From Verrucomicrobiota bacterium (lineage in GTDB: Bacteria > Verrucomicrobiota > Verrucomicrobiia > Limisphaerales > Palsa-1400), in assembly GCA_049510745.1 (NCBI GenBank), contig JBEKYR010000044.1:1-42702 (forward strand): a stretch of DNA of 42,702 nt, read 5' to 3'. Each line of letters opens with the position of its first letter. The first letter of the stretch is position 1. Shown here piece after piece: positions 23,816 through 32,712 of this stretch. The translations under genes were made by a program, and so were the position numbers. The notes under the pieces were generated by a model. The model did no database searches. It had not been told where the DNA came from and saw only the letters and a list, made by a program, of their open reading frames with translations.

Positions 23816-25666
23816 TCACGCATAGACCAGCAAATGAATGTCGTCGGGCAGGCTGTCCGAAATTTCCCGGATAATGTTGCCGCGCAGGAGCAAGGCCAAA
23901 CCTCTTCGTTCCGGCGCGCCGAGGATCAAATACGAGGCCCCCATCGTGGCCGTGATATCGACAATGGTTTGCGCCACCGAATCGCTCACGGCGTAACACG
24001 GAAACACCGGATGCCCGGCCGCTTTGTTCCTGGCCTCCAGGAAAACCTCCCGCGCCTCCGCGTCTTCCTGCCATTTGCGTTTGTAATCCGTCTCCGTCAG
24101 CGCCGGCAGCGCCCGCACAAAAAGCAGGTAGAGCGGACGGTCCGTCTGCCGCGCCTCGTCGATGGCGAAATCGAGGGTTTTGCCCCGGCCCCGAATCGCG
24201 CACATCATCGGCGGGCCGGACACCTCCTTTGGCTTGGCCGTGAACGCAAACGCAGTGGACGGCGGCGGCAAACTGGCCGCCAGTGCGGCGGCGGCGGCGG
24301 CCGCTGCTTTCTGTCTGGTGGCGTGCTCGAACGCCAAGCCGCGCAAAAGCAGGCCGAGCAGCAACACGGTGCCGGCAAAGACACGCGCCGACGGTTTGTC
24401 CCAAAAAAGGGAAAGCTCGATCGCCGCCATGATCAGGAAAGTGATGAACATCAGATTGCGCTCCCAACGCGCCAGCCCCAAGTTCCGGTCCGTGCTGCAC
24501 GCGCCCAGGTTGGTGGCAATGGCGCCCACCACGCCGACGGCGTAGAGGGCCGCCAACCCCCCGACGTCTTTGACCGTCACCACCAGCAGGGCGGGGATCA
24601 CCGTGGCAACGATCAATCCCAGGTTTGGCACCCCAAATTCGTTCAGCCGTTGAAATTGCGGCGGCAGTTCGCCGTCGCGCGACATCAAAAACGAAATCCC
24701 AATCAGCGCCACAATCGCCGTGTTAACCGCCGAGAGCAGCAGAAAGCCAAACACTCCGCTGATGATCCAGGCCGCGATCCGCCCGGCCGTTGGCCCCCAG
24801 GCGCCGCCGACAAATACCTGTCCCATATAGCGGAGCATGTAGTCGCGCACTCCCGGATGGCCCGGCGCGTCCACGTCGGGATTGTTCACATCGGTCGCAT
24901 TGATGGTAAGTCCCCCCAGCGCATGCATGGCCAGTCCGAGCAAGGCGGTGAAAATGCACACCTCAATCATGACCCACAAAATCGCCGGCGTGGAGGTTTT
25001 GGAAACATTCGGATGGGCGTCACTCGACCCCGAATTGAGTTTCATCACGCCGGTGGAGTTGGCAATCGCCTCCACGCCCGACAGCGCCAGCACGACTCCG
25101 ACAAAACCCTTCCAATTCTTGAAGAAACCGCCCGTAAGCGGTTCCAGGTGATGCACCGCCTGGCCCAGGTGCGGAAGGGCAAAGAGCGCCAACAACAACA
25201 CCACCGCGGCCGTCGGAACAGAAACCAGGAAGGCCAGCCCGCCGGTATGGCGGGGGCCGAAGGTATTGAGCAACCCGATGATCACGATCGCTCCTCCCGC
25301 GCACCATTCGGGATGCGGAGCGCCCAAATAAGCAAAAGCCGAGAGCGCGCTCAACGCCGCCGTCACGATGTAATCGGCAATCAGGAGGAAGGCGCCCACA
25401 ATGGAAATGATTTCCGACCGGTGCCGCACGCTGGCATAAACGCCGCCGCCGTCAGGGTAATGGCGGCAGATGGCCATGTAATTGACGCCGACCAGCCCGG
25501 TCAGCAGGCACATGGCGGCGATGAGCCAGAAGGAACTGTAACCACCGACAGCAAAGGCCAGGCCGATGACGTAGGCTTTGCTGGTGCCCCAATCGCCGTA
25601 GAGGATGGCGGCAGCGCGGGGCACATCGACGTTGCGTGGCCGCCGCGTATTACCGGCAACGATCAT
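23816..25666 (-). CDS. APC-family permease with C-terminal universal-stress-protein-like domain
   Basis: LYGDWGTSKAY, GGGVY, LLIADY, LSGVEAIAN, ~12 TM segments; C-terminus LILGAPER...LLRGNI..I. Confidence 0.85.
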   Translation of the reverse strand: MIVAGNTRRPRNVDVPRAAAILYGDWGTSKAYVIGLAFAVGGYSSFWLIAAMCLLTGLVGVNYMAICRHYPDGGGVYASVRHRSEIISIVGAFLLIADYIVTAALSALSAFAYLGAPHPEWCAGGAIVIIGLLNTFGPRHTGGLAFLVSVPTAAVVLLLALFALPHLGQAVHHLEPLTGGFFKNWKGFVGVVLALSGVEAIANSTGVMKLNSGSSDAHPNVSKTSTPAILWVMIEVCIFTALLGLAMHALGGLTINATDVNNPDVDAPGHPGVRDYMLRYMGQVFVGGAWGPTAGRIAAWIISGVFGFLLLSAVNTAIVALIGISFLMSRDGELPPQFQRLNEFGVPNLGLIVATVIPALLVVTVKDVGGLAALYAVGVVGAIATNLGACSTDRNLGLARWERNLMFITFLIMAAIELSLFWDKPSARVFAGTVLLLGLLLRGLAFEHATRQKAAAAAAAALAASLPPPSTAFAFTAKPKEVSGPPMMCAIRGRGKTLDFAIDEARQTDRPLYLLFVRALPALTETDYKRKWQEDAEAREVFLEARNKAAGHPVFPCYAVSDSVAQTIVDITATMGASYLILGAPERRGLALLLRGNIIREISDSLPDDIHLLVYA

Positions 25667-25756
25667 CGAATTGAGCGCACATCATGCGCTCCTTAGCTAG
25701 ATTGTTTTGGCGGCGGCATCAAGAACATATTGAGCCGCCCCCCCCGGGCGCGAGGC

Positions 25757-27826
25757 CTACTTTTCGTTGCTGGACTTGTTGTCCTTGTTGTCCTTTTTGT
25801 CTTTGTTGTCTTTGCCGGTTTGCTTGGAGGCGGATGGCGCCTGCTTGGAACCCGGCACGGCAGCGCCGGGATGAGTTTCGCCCGGACTGGTCGAACGCGT
25901 CTCCGGGGCATGAGCCACAGGCCCGTGTTCGGCGGGGCGTTCCTTGGCGCGTTCTTCGGGCCGCGCGGCGGCCCGGGCGTGTTCCTCGCGCCGGACTTCC
26001 AGGTTGTGATGTTCCTCGGCCTGGCGCAGTTCGTGCGCTTGGCGGGCGACAACTTCATGGTGAGTGAAGGCGGCCATCCGCTCGCGCCCCAAGCCTTCGG
26101 CCACGAATCGGCCATGGTCCATGCGGTATCCGTTATGGATCTCGCTGCGGCCATAGAATACGCGCGTGTGCTCGCGGTCCAGAACGTAAGCATGATAATC
26201 ATGCTCCCAAAAATGATCCCGGCCCACGAAGACAAACGCATCCACCCCCAGGCCAAAATCAATGTCCACAGCCACGCGCCCGCCGAAGGTCAAGCCAAGC
26301 CCCGCTTCATAGCGGGCTTCCCAAGGCAGCGGCGCCCAGCCCATGCAGCCATCGGCCTCCGCGTAACGCCAGGCCACCCAGGCGGGCGCCCAGTCGTAGG
26401 CCGGCGCCCAGGCCCACGCGAACCCCGTCCGCGCGTCCTTGATCCACCGGCCATAGTGAAAGGCGATTTCGCCCCACGGATAATCCGATTGCCAGTACCA
26501 GCCCGCATCGGTGTATTCCCAGTGGCCGGCATCGACATACGGCCGCCATAAGGGATCCGAAGCCGCCGCCGGAACCCAGGCCGGCCCGATTCCAGGGACC
26601 TCCATCCACTGCCCGTAAGGACCCAGTTGCGCCTGGAAATAATCCAAGGTCGGCGTCTGCGGCGCCACTGCGGGAATGATGGCCACCGGCGGCGCCAACG
26701 GCGTCAATTGCACCGAGTTCCAATTGGCCGACGTGGCGCCGTTGCGGCTGGCCAGCACCACGTTGAACGGCCCGCTTCCCACTGGCAGGCCGACGCGCGC
26801 GCCCAAGGCCGACCCCTCCGGGTTCAGGAGGATGACCGACGCCATGCCATCCGCGCCGACCGTCATTTGGATCGTGTAAGGCACGCCCGCGTGCGGCTCT
26901 TCATAAAGTTTGATGCCCAAGGCAGCCAGCGGCAGGGCGCTGCCCGTATAATTGACCCAAACCCCGTGATCGGGCGAACGTCTCTCCCCCAGCGGAATGT
27001 CCATCCCGCCGCGGAATCCCGGCAGTCCGCCGCGCAAGCGCAACTCCCCCTCCCTCGAACCCGCGCCGCCCAGATGCCCCGCCACGCTCAACCATTGCCG
27101 CAAGTCCGCGCTGACCAAATAGATCTCGAACGGAATCGCCTGCTCCGACAGCCCGGACACCGTCGCCGTCATGGAAAAAGGCGCGACGTAGCCGGCCACC
27201 GACTGGATTCCGGTAAACTGGCCCATGCCGTTCACGCCCGACATCTGCATTCCCGCCGGTCTGAAGGCCAGGTACGGAGAAATCCACGCCGAGCCGTGGA
27301 CAGCAGCCAAGCTGGCCAGTACGCCCGACGCTGTCGTCCAGACCGCTGGATTCAGGCCGCCCTCCAAGCCGAAGTTATCAATCAAACCCGGAGCCGGCGC
27401 GGGGGAAGGAACCGCCACCAGCGGCGCAGGCGCGGGCGCGGCCACAGGCGCGGGGGCGGGCGTCGCGGGCACGGGCGCAGGCGCAGGCGTTGCGGGTGTG
27501 GGAGCGGGAGCGGCGGCGGTGGTCGGCTTGGCGGCGAGCAAGGCGCTCAAGACTGTCTGAGAGACACCCTGGCTGTTGAGATAGAGCATATCGTCGGCGC
27601 TCAGGGTGTAACTCTTGCCCGAGTTCTTGATATAGGCCACGATGACCTCGTCGGTCATGTGGGCCTGGGTGAATTTGACTATTTCCTGCAAATCCTGCGA
27701 GACCGTGGCCGCTGGAGTTTGAGCGTGGCCGACGGTCCCGGCCATCAGCACGGCCCACGCCACGACGGCGGCGGCCCAAATGTTGAAAATGCGGCTTTTC
27801 CCGGCAATAAAATTCTTAATTCTCAT
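25757..27826 (-). CDS. Secreted Pro/Ala-linker protein with DUF6600-like aromatic domain
   Basis: Signal peptide; small helical domain (EVIVAYIKNSGKSYTLSADD); PAP linker; LGPYGQW...WRPY...GHW...WYWQSDYPWG..FHYGRW...WAPAWVAWR...GWAPLP; low-complexity tail. Start 27826 or 27832. Confidence 0.75.
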   Translation of the reverse strand: MRIKNFIAGKSRIFNIWAAAVVAWAVLMAGTVGHAQTPAATVSQDLQEIVKFTQAHMTDEVIVAYIKNSGKSYTLSADDMLYLNSQGVSQTVLSALLAAKPTTAAAPAPTPATPAPAPVPATPAPAPVAAPAPAPLVAVPSPAPAPGLIDNFGLEGGLNPAVWTTASGVLASLAAVHGSAWISPYLAFRPAGMQMSGVNGMGQFTGIQSVAGYVAPFSMTATVSGLSEQAIPFEIYLVSADLRQWLSVAGHLGGAGSREGELRLRGGLPGFRGGMDIPLGERRSPDHGVWVNYTGSALPLAALGIKLYEEPHAGVPYTIQMTVGADGMASVILLNPEGSALGARVGLPVGSGPFNVVLASRNGATSANWNSVQLTPLAPPVAIIPAVAPQTPTLDYFQAQLGPYGQWMEVPGIGPAWVPAAASDPLWRPYVDAGHWEYTDAGWYWQSDYPWGEIAFHYGRWIKDARTGFAWAWAPAYDWAPAWVAWRYAEADGCMGWAPLPWEARYEAGLGLTFGGRVAVDIDFGLGVDAFVFVGRDHFWEHDYHAYVLDREHTRVFYGRSEIHNGYRMDHGRFVAEGLGRERMAAFTHHEVVARQAHELRQAEEHHNLEVRREEHARAAARPEERAKERPAEHGPVAHAPETRSTSPGETHPGAAVPGSKQAPSASKQTGKDNKDKKDNKDNKSSNEK

Positions 27827-28069
27827 GGTCATCCTTTTCTTGTTCAGGTCAGCTCCCGCCCGGTGGCGTGACTGACGCGCGTTGCCTTTTCCATGCAACT
27901 ACCAATACGATGCCGCGAACCGCATCTTGCGCAAGCAGGAAAGGCCCGGCCACATCCCCCGTTTTGGCGGCAGATTAGCAATAAGAGCTAATGCCGCGGC
28001 CCGGACGACAAGTGGCGCGCTTTCGATGCCGTCATTGAGTTTTCCAGCCGCATCGGTAATCTCGAAACT

Positions 28070-28258
28070 ATGAGCATCACCTATCTCGTCGAACCATTGT
28101 CCGCCGCGAAGCATCGCCGGGACCAATTTTCGTGCGAGGAGCATGAACTCACCGAATTCCTTCGTCACCGCGCGTTGCCGGAAATGGAAGCGCGGGCGTC
28201 AGCTTGCTTTGTGCTTGTCCCGGATGACGAAAAAGGAGGGGTGGCGCGAACTCTTTAG
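28070..28258 (+). pseudogene. N-terminal fragment of GNAT acetyltransferase toxin (TacT/AtaT-like)
   Basis: VEPLSAAKHRRDQFSCEEHELTEFLRHRA...SACFVLV, then a stop; lacks GYYTL and the acetyl-CoA-binding motif. Confidence 0.75.
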
Positions 28259-28548
28259 GCCTCCGTTACCTGCCGGCGATAACGAATCATGGCCTGTTTC
28301 AGGGCGGCAGCGGGTTGGCGCGGGGGAGCGAGCAAAGCCTCAACGAATCGCCGGGATTGGTCGGCATCAAGTTGAATCTGATGGCTTTGATTGACGACTT
28401 GGAGAGCCACTTCACGGACGTGTGTAATTATAAACTTAGCCATCGAGCGTCCCTCAATCGCGGCCGCTTTCTGGAAGAGTTGCTTGTCCGCCTCCGTTAC
28501 GCGGGCGACAAATCGCCGGTTTTTTTGCTCTTTTACTGTCGTTTGCAC
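28255..28548 (-). CDS. DUF1778 (TacA/AtaR-like) antitoxin
   Basis: RFVARVTEADKQLFQKAAAIEGRSMAKFI...IQLDADQSRRFVEALLAPP; GTG 28548 lies 6 nt after TTGCAA-17nt-TACATT. Confidence 0.88.
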   Translation of the reverse strand: MQTTVKEQKNRRFVARVTEADKQLFQKAAAIEGRSMAKFIITHVREVALQVVNQSHQIQLDADQSRRFVEALLAPPRQPAAALKQAMIRYRRQVTEA

Positions 28549-28675
28549 GCGCCAAATGTATGCCTCGGTGGCACACATTGCAAGAATTTTTGAGGGACAT
28601 CAATCATTGGCATGTCTTGTCAACCCGGAGTTGACATCGCGGGCGGAAGTTTGAACAGTGTGCCCATCCGACCGG

Positions 28676-30082
28676 ATGAATATCAATTTTGGCACTGATG
28701 GCTGGCGGGCGGTAATCGCCGAGGATTTTACCTTCCAGAACCTGGATCGCGTCGCGCAGGCGACGGCCGATTTCTGGAATGCCCAACCGCCCCCCGGCAC
28801 CGCCAAATCCGCCGTCGTCGGCTATGACCGGCGCTTTCTCTCCGATCAATTCGGGCGGCGCGTGGCCGAGGTCCTGGCCGGCAACGGCTTCACCGTCCTG
28901 CTCTCCAACTGCCCGGCGCCGACGCCGTCGATTTCCTTCGCTGTCAAACAACGCAAGGCGGCCGGCGGAGTCATGATCACGGCCAGCCATAATCCGGCCA
29001 TCTTCAACGGCTACAAACTCAAGGCCCACTACGGCGGCTCCGCCGAGTCCTCGCTCTGCCAGGAAGTCGAAAAACGGCTCGATCTCAGCCCGGTGGCGGC
29101 GCCGGACGGCGCGGCCGGGAAGATCGCGGTCGAGGATTTGCGCCCGGCGCATTTTCACGCGATCAAACGGCTGGTCGATTTCAAGCTGATCGCAAAATCA
29201 AAATTGCGCTTCGCCCATGACGCCTTGTTCGGCGTCGGCGCGGGTTGTTTCGATCAACTCCTGCGCGGGACAACCTGCCGCGTCACCACGCTCAACGGCG
29301 CGCACGACTGCAATTTTGGCGGGATCAATCCCGAACCGATCGCCCTCAATTACGCCAAAAGCGCCGCCTTCCTGAAAAAACATCCGCACGACCTCTGCCT
29401 GGTGACCGACGGCGACGCGGACCGCGTCGGGGGCATGGACGGGCGCGGCCGACCGCTGACGACCCACCAGATCATCTGCCTGCTGCTGCATCATTTTATT
29501 GTCAACCGCAAGGCGGCGGGCCGCGTGATCAAGGCGCTGACCACCACTTCGATGGTCGATAAGATGTGCGCCTATTACGGGCTGGAGTTGGTGGAAACGG
29601 GCGTCGGCTTCAAATACATCTGCGCCGAGATGCTCAAAGGCAACGTGCTGCTCGGCTTCGAGGAAAGCGGCGGCGTCGGGTTCCCCGAATTGATGCCGGA
29701 GCGCGATGGCATCGCCGCGGGCATGATGCTGCTGGAATTGCTGGCCACCGAACGAGTGTCCGTCAACGAATTGTTGCGGCGCCTGGAAAAACTCTTCGGG
29801 CCGCATCGCTACGCGCGGCTGGACACGCACTTCCCGTTGGAGCGGCGGGCGGCGCTGATGGAATACTGCCAGAGCTGTCCCCCGGCCAGGCTGGCCGGCT
29901 CGCCCCTGGCGGAAATCAAATCCTTCGACGGCGTGAAATTCATCGCCCGCAACGGCGCCTGGCTGATGTTGCGCGGGTCGGGGACGGAGCCGGTCCTGCG
30001 GATTTACGCCGAGGCGCACTCGGAAGCCGCGGCGCGGAAGCTGGTGCGCGACGGGGTACGCATCACGAAACAGGTGGTTTAG
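28676..30082 (+). CDS. Phosphoglucomutase/phosphomannomutase family protein
   Basis: FGTDGWR, ITASHNP, TDGDADR, GFEESGG, RGSGTEP. Confidence 0.95.
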   Translation: MNINFGTDGWRAVIAEDFTFQNLDRVAQATADFWNAQPPPGTAKSAVVGYDRRFLSDQFGRRVAEVLAGNGFTVLLSNCPAPTPSISFAVKQRKAAGGVMITASHNPAIFNGYKLKAHYGGSAESSLCQEVEKRLDLSPVAAPDGAAGKIAVEDLRPAHFHAIKRLVDFKLIAKSKLRFAHDALFGVGAGCFDQLLRGTTCRVTTLNGAHDCNFGGINPEPIALNYAKSAAFLKKHPHDLCLVTDGDADRVGGMDGRGRPLTTHQIICLLLHHFIVNRKAAGRVIKALTTTSMVDKMCAYYGLELVETGVGFKYICAEMLKGNVLLGFEESGGVGFPELMPERDGIAAGMMLLELLATERVSVNELLRRLEKLFGPHRYARLDTHFPLERRAALMEYCQSCPPARLAGSPLAEIKSFDGVKFIARNGAWLMLRGSGTEPVLRIYAEAHSEAAARKLVRDGVRITKQVV

Positions 30083-30083
30083 C

Positions 30084-31610
30084 TCATTTTTCCCGCGCTG
30101 CTTCGAGAGCTTTGACCAAGCCGGGGATGGTGTGCTCCCTGGCCTCAATCGCGGGCTTGAGACCCAGGGCGATGATCGCTTTGCTGGTTTCCGGGCCGAT
30201 GGATGCGAGCTTGATCTGCGGGTGACGCGCCAGCAATTGCTTCAGATCAAACCGGGCGTGAAAATTCTCCACCGTCGAACCGCTCGTGAACGTGATCCAG
30301 TCCGCCCCCGTTTCCAACAGCCGCGCGGCGGCTCCGTTGCGGTCTTCGGTTTCGGGGACAGTCTTGTAACAGGCGATGTCATCGACAATCGCGCCCATTT
30401 CCTCCAGTTGTTTGGGAAGATCGGGGTTGGCCACCTCGGCGCGCAAGAGGAGGACTTTCAAGTTCTCGATGCTGCCCAACTCCTCCATGGCGGCGGCCAC
30501 TTTGGAGGCGGCGAATTCCTCGGGCATCGCGTCCACTTTCAAGTGCAACTGCCGCAGCTTGGCGGCGGTGGCCGGCCCGACCGCCGCCAGCCGCACCCCG
30601 CCGATGTCGCGCAGGTCTTCAAAGGCCTTGAAAAACAACTCGAAGAACGCGCTCACGCCGTTGGGGCTGGTGAAGACCAGCCAGTCGTAGGCGTTGAGCT
30701 CCAACAGCGCCTCCGCGATGTCCCGCCGTTCCGTGGGCGGGACGATGCGGATGGTGGGAATCTCCAGCACGTCCGCGCCCCGTTCGAGCAATTCGCGCCC
30801 GAGCTGGCTGGACTGCTCGCGGGCGCGCGTCACGACGATGCGCCGGCCAAAGAGACTGCGTTTCTCGAACCAATTGAGCTGCTCGCGCAGTTGGACAACG
30901 CCGCCGATGACCGTCAGGCCCGGCGGCTTGAACCCGGCCTTTTCCGCCACGGTCGCGATGGTTTTCAAGGTCCCGGAGACGGACTCCTGCCGTCCCGTGG
31001 TGGCCCAGCGAATCATCGCCACGGGGGTCTCTTCGGGCATGCCGTGGGCGACGAGCGCCTCTGAAATCATCTTGACTCTCGTGACGCCCATCAACACCAC
31101 CTTCGTGCCGGGCGCCCGCGCCACCTCCCCCCAATCGACCTCCGGCTCGTCCTTCCCCGGGGTCTCGTGGCCGGTGACAACCGTGAAACTGGAGCAGTGG
31201 TCGCGGTGGGTCAGCGGGATGCCGGCGTAATTGGGGCCGGCGATGCTGGAGGACACGCCGGGCACAACCTCGAACCGGACGCGGGCGGCGGCCAATTGGA
31301 CGGCTTCTTCGCCGCCCCGCCCAAAAACGTAGGGATCGCCGCCCTTGAGACGGACGACGCATTTGCCGGCGCGCGCTTTTTCCACCAGCAATTGATTGAG
31401 CTGGTCCTGGGGAATAAAGTGGTCGCCGGAGCGTTTCCCGGCGTAAATCAATTCCGCTCCCGGCGGCGCCAGGCCGAGCAGGTCCCGGTTGACCAGCGCG
31501 TCATAGACCACCACGTCCGCGCGGCCCAGCAGCTCCGCTCCGCGCACGGTGATCAACCCGGCGTCGCCGGGGCCGGCGCCGACCAGAAAGACTGTCCCGT
31601 TGGATTTCAC
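30084..31610 (-). CDS. cobA-hemD: Uroporphyrinogen-III C-methyltransferase / uroporphyrinogen-III synthase fusion
   Basis: LVGAGPGD, RLKGGDPYVFGRGGEE; then IVVTRA, FTSPNGV, VGPAT, FTSGSTV, SIGPET. GTG 31610 lies 7 nt after TTGCGC-17nt-TAAACT. Confidence 0.95.
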   Translation of the reverse strand: MKSNGTVFLVGAGPGDAGLITVRGAELLGRADVVVYDALVNRDLLGLAPPGAELIYAGKRSGDHFIPQDQLNQLLVEKARAGKCVVRLKGGDPYVFGRGGEEAVQLAAARVRFEVVPGVSSSIAGPNYAGIPLTHRDHCSSFTVVTGHETPGKDEPEVDWGEVARAPGTKVVLMGVTRVKMISEALVAHGMPEETPVAMIRWATTGRQESVSGTLKTIATVAEKAGFKPPGLTVIGGVVQLREQLNWFEKRSLFGRRIVVTRAREQSSQLGRELLERGADVLEIPTIRIVPPTERRDIAEALLELNAYDWLVFTSPNGVSAFFELFFKAFEDLRDIGGVRLAAVGPATAAKLRQLHLKVDAMPEEFAASKVAAAMEELGSIENLKVLLLRAEVANPDLPKQLEEMGAIVDDIACYKTVPETEDRNGAAARLLETGADWITFTSGSTVENFHARFDLKQLLARHPQIKLASIGPETSKAIIALGLKPAIEAREHTIPGLVKALEAAREK

Positions 31611-31670
31611 GGCGGACAGTTTAAGCGGCAACCTCCAATCGCGCAATGAATCCGAGCGCGCCTGCCGGCC

Positions 31671-32396
31671 TCAGTCCGTCCACACGCCCAAAGCCGCCAA
31701 TTGCGCGGCTGCCTTCGCGGCCCAGTCGCGATTGGCGGCGGGGCTGGCGGGGCTGGGATGGAGGATTTGGCCGATGCGGAGCGGCCAGCCGCAGGCCACC
31801 GTTTCAGCGCGCCGGGCGGCGAATCCGCCCACCCCAATCACCCACTTGGGCCGCAACAGTTCCAGGACCCGCCGCAAATGCGCGTCGCAAAGGCGCGCCA
31901 GCCGCTCCTTTTCCGCGGGCCGGAGTTTGTCGGGCGTGCGGTTGCGTCCGCCCGCCTCGAGAAAGGCCAGCGGGCAATAGTTGACAACGAAATGCCGCGC
32001 GAAAAAATTCTCCGGCGAACCAAACCGCCGCGCGAACAGCCCCCACAGGCGCCGCCCGCTGATTTCCGGGCGCGGACAGGCAAAACCCCGCACCGGCCGG
32101 CGCGGGTGCTCGCGCGCGGGGCGCCCGATGGGCGCTTGGATTCGCATCCAATCGCGCACGGCGGAAACTTCGCCAAACGGCACGCCGGTTTGCGCCATGC
32201 CAAAAGGGCCGGGGTTCATCCCCAGAAAAACGACCTCCTTTTGCGATCCGCCAAAGCGGCGCAGGTACATCTCGTGCGCCTTCCAGGCATAGACCAGCGG
32301 ATTATAGACGCAGGCGACCGGCTTGGCGAAGCGGAGCGCCTCCGCGCCGGCGGCCAATTCGCGCGCGGCCTCCACAAGTTGTTGTTCAATCGTCAC
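31671..32396 (-). CDS. SMUG1-like (family 3) uracil-DNA glycosylase
   Basis: YNPLVYAW, GMNPGPFGMAQTGVPFG, EISGRRLW, NYCPL, LHPSPASP. Confidence 0.93.
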   Translation of the reverse strand: MTIEQQLVEAARELAAGAEALRFAKPVACVYNPLVYAWKAHEMYLRRFGGSQKEVVFLGMNPGPFGMAQTGVPFGEVSAVRDWMRIQAPIGRPAREHPRRPVRGFACPRPEISGRRLWGLFARRFGSPENFFARHFVVNYCPLAFLEAGGRNRTPDKLRPAEKERLARLCDAHLRRVLELLRPKWVIGVGGFAARRAETVACGWPLRIGQILHPSPASPAANRDWAAKAAAQLAALGVWTD

Positions 32397-32411
32397 ACGG
32401 ATGGCGGGCTT

Positions 32412-32556
32412 GTAATCATAATCATAATCATAATCTTAATCTCAGTCTTGTCCTCAAGAGGATTAAGCTTAAGATCAGGAGCAAGCTTAAGATCAGGAGC
32501 AAGATTAAGATCAGGAGCAAGATTAAGATCAGGAGCAAGATTAAGATCAGGAGCAA
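32412..32556. repeat. 6-mer-arm palindromic element with five tandem 18-bp units (G[AC]TTAAGATCAGGAGCAA)
   Basis: (TAATCA)n at 32412-32441, then units at 32467, 32485, 32503, 32521 and 32539; no spacers. Confidence 0.9.
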
Positions 32557-32577
32557 GAAACGGCTCCCCAAAAAAAG

Positions 32578-32712
32578 GTGAAATCCACCCTCAACCCGCC
32601 GGAACTCGCGGCTTCCCGCCAGCGGTTGGAATCGGTGGATTTGTTGCGTGGGTTTGTGATGGTGCTCATGGCGCTGGACCATGCGCGGGGGATGTTCACC
32701 AACGTCCCCTAC
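32578..32712 (+). pseudogene. DUF1624 (HGSNAT-like acyltransferase) gene, 5' part, interrupted by insertion
   Basis: RLESVDLLRGFVMVLMALDHAR...NVPY; family similarity ends at the duplicated GTCCCCTAC. Confidence 0.85.

Noticed and set aside
23594..25696. Long antisense ORFs (also 7562-9469, 19837-21666, 314-1483, 15859-17112)
   Set aside because: Shadow ORFs of high-GC genes on the opposite strand; Arg/Gly-rich with no motifs.
27897..27935. YQYDAANR, resembling an RHS/YD repeat
   Set aside because: A single 8-aa match with no surrounding RHS sequence; cannot be told from chance.
32467..32556. Possible CRISPR array
   Set aside because: The 18-bp units are contiguous with no unique spacers, and no cas genes are present.
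32428..32682. ORF with poly-LLILIL (and SLRSGARLRSGA on the other strand)
   Set aside because: Translation artefact of the 18-bp tandem repeat.
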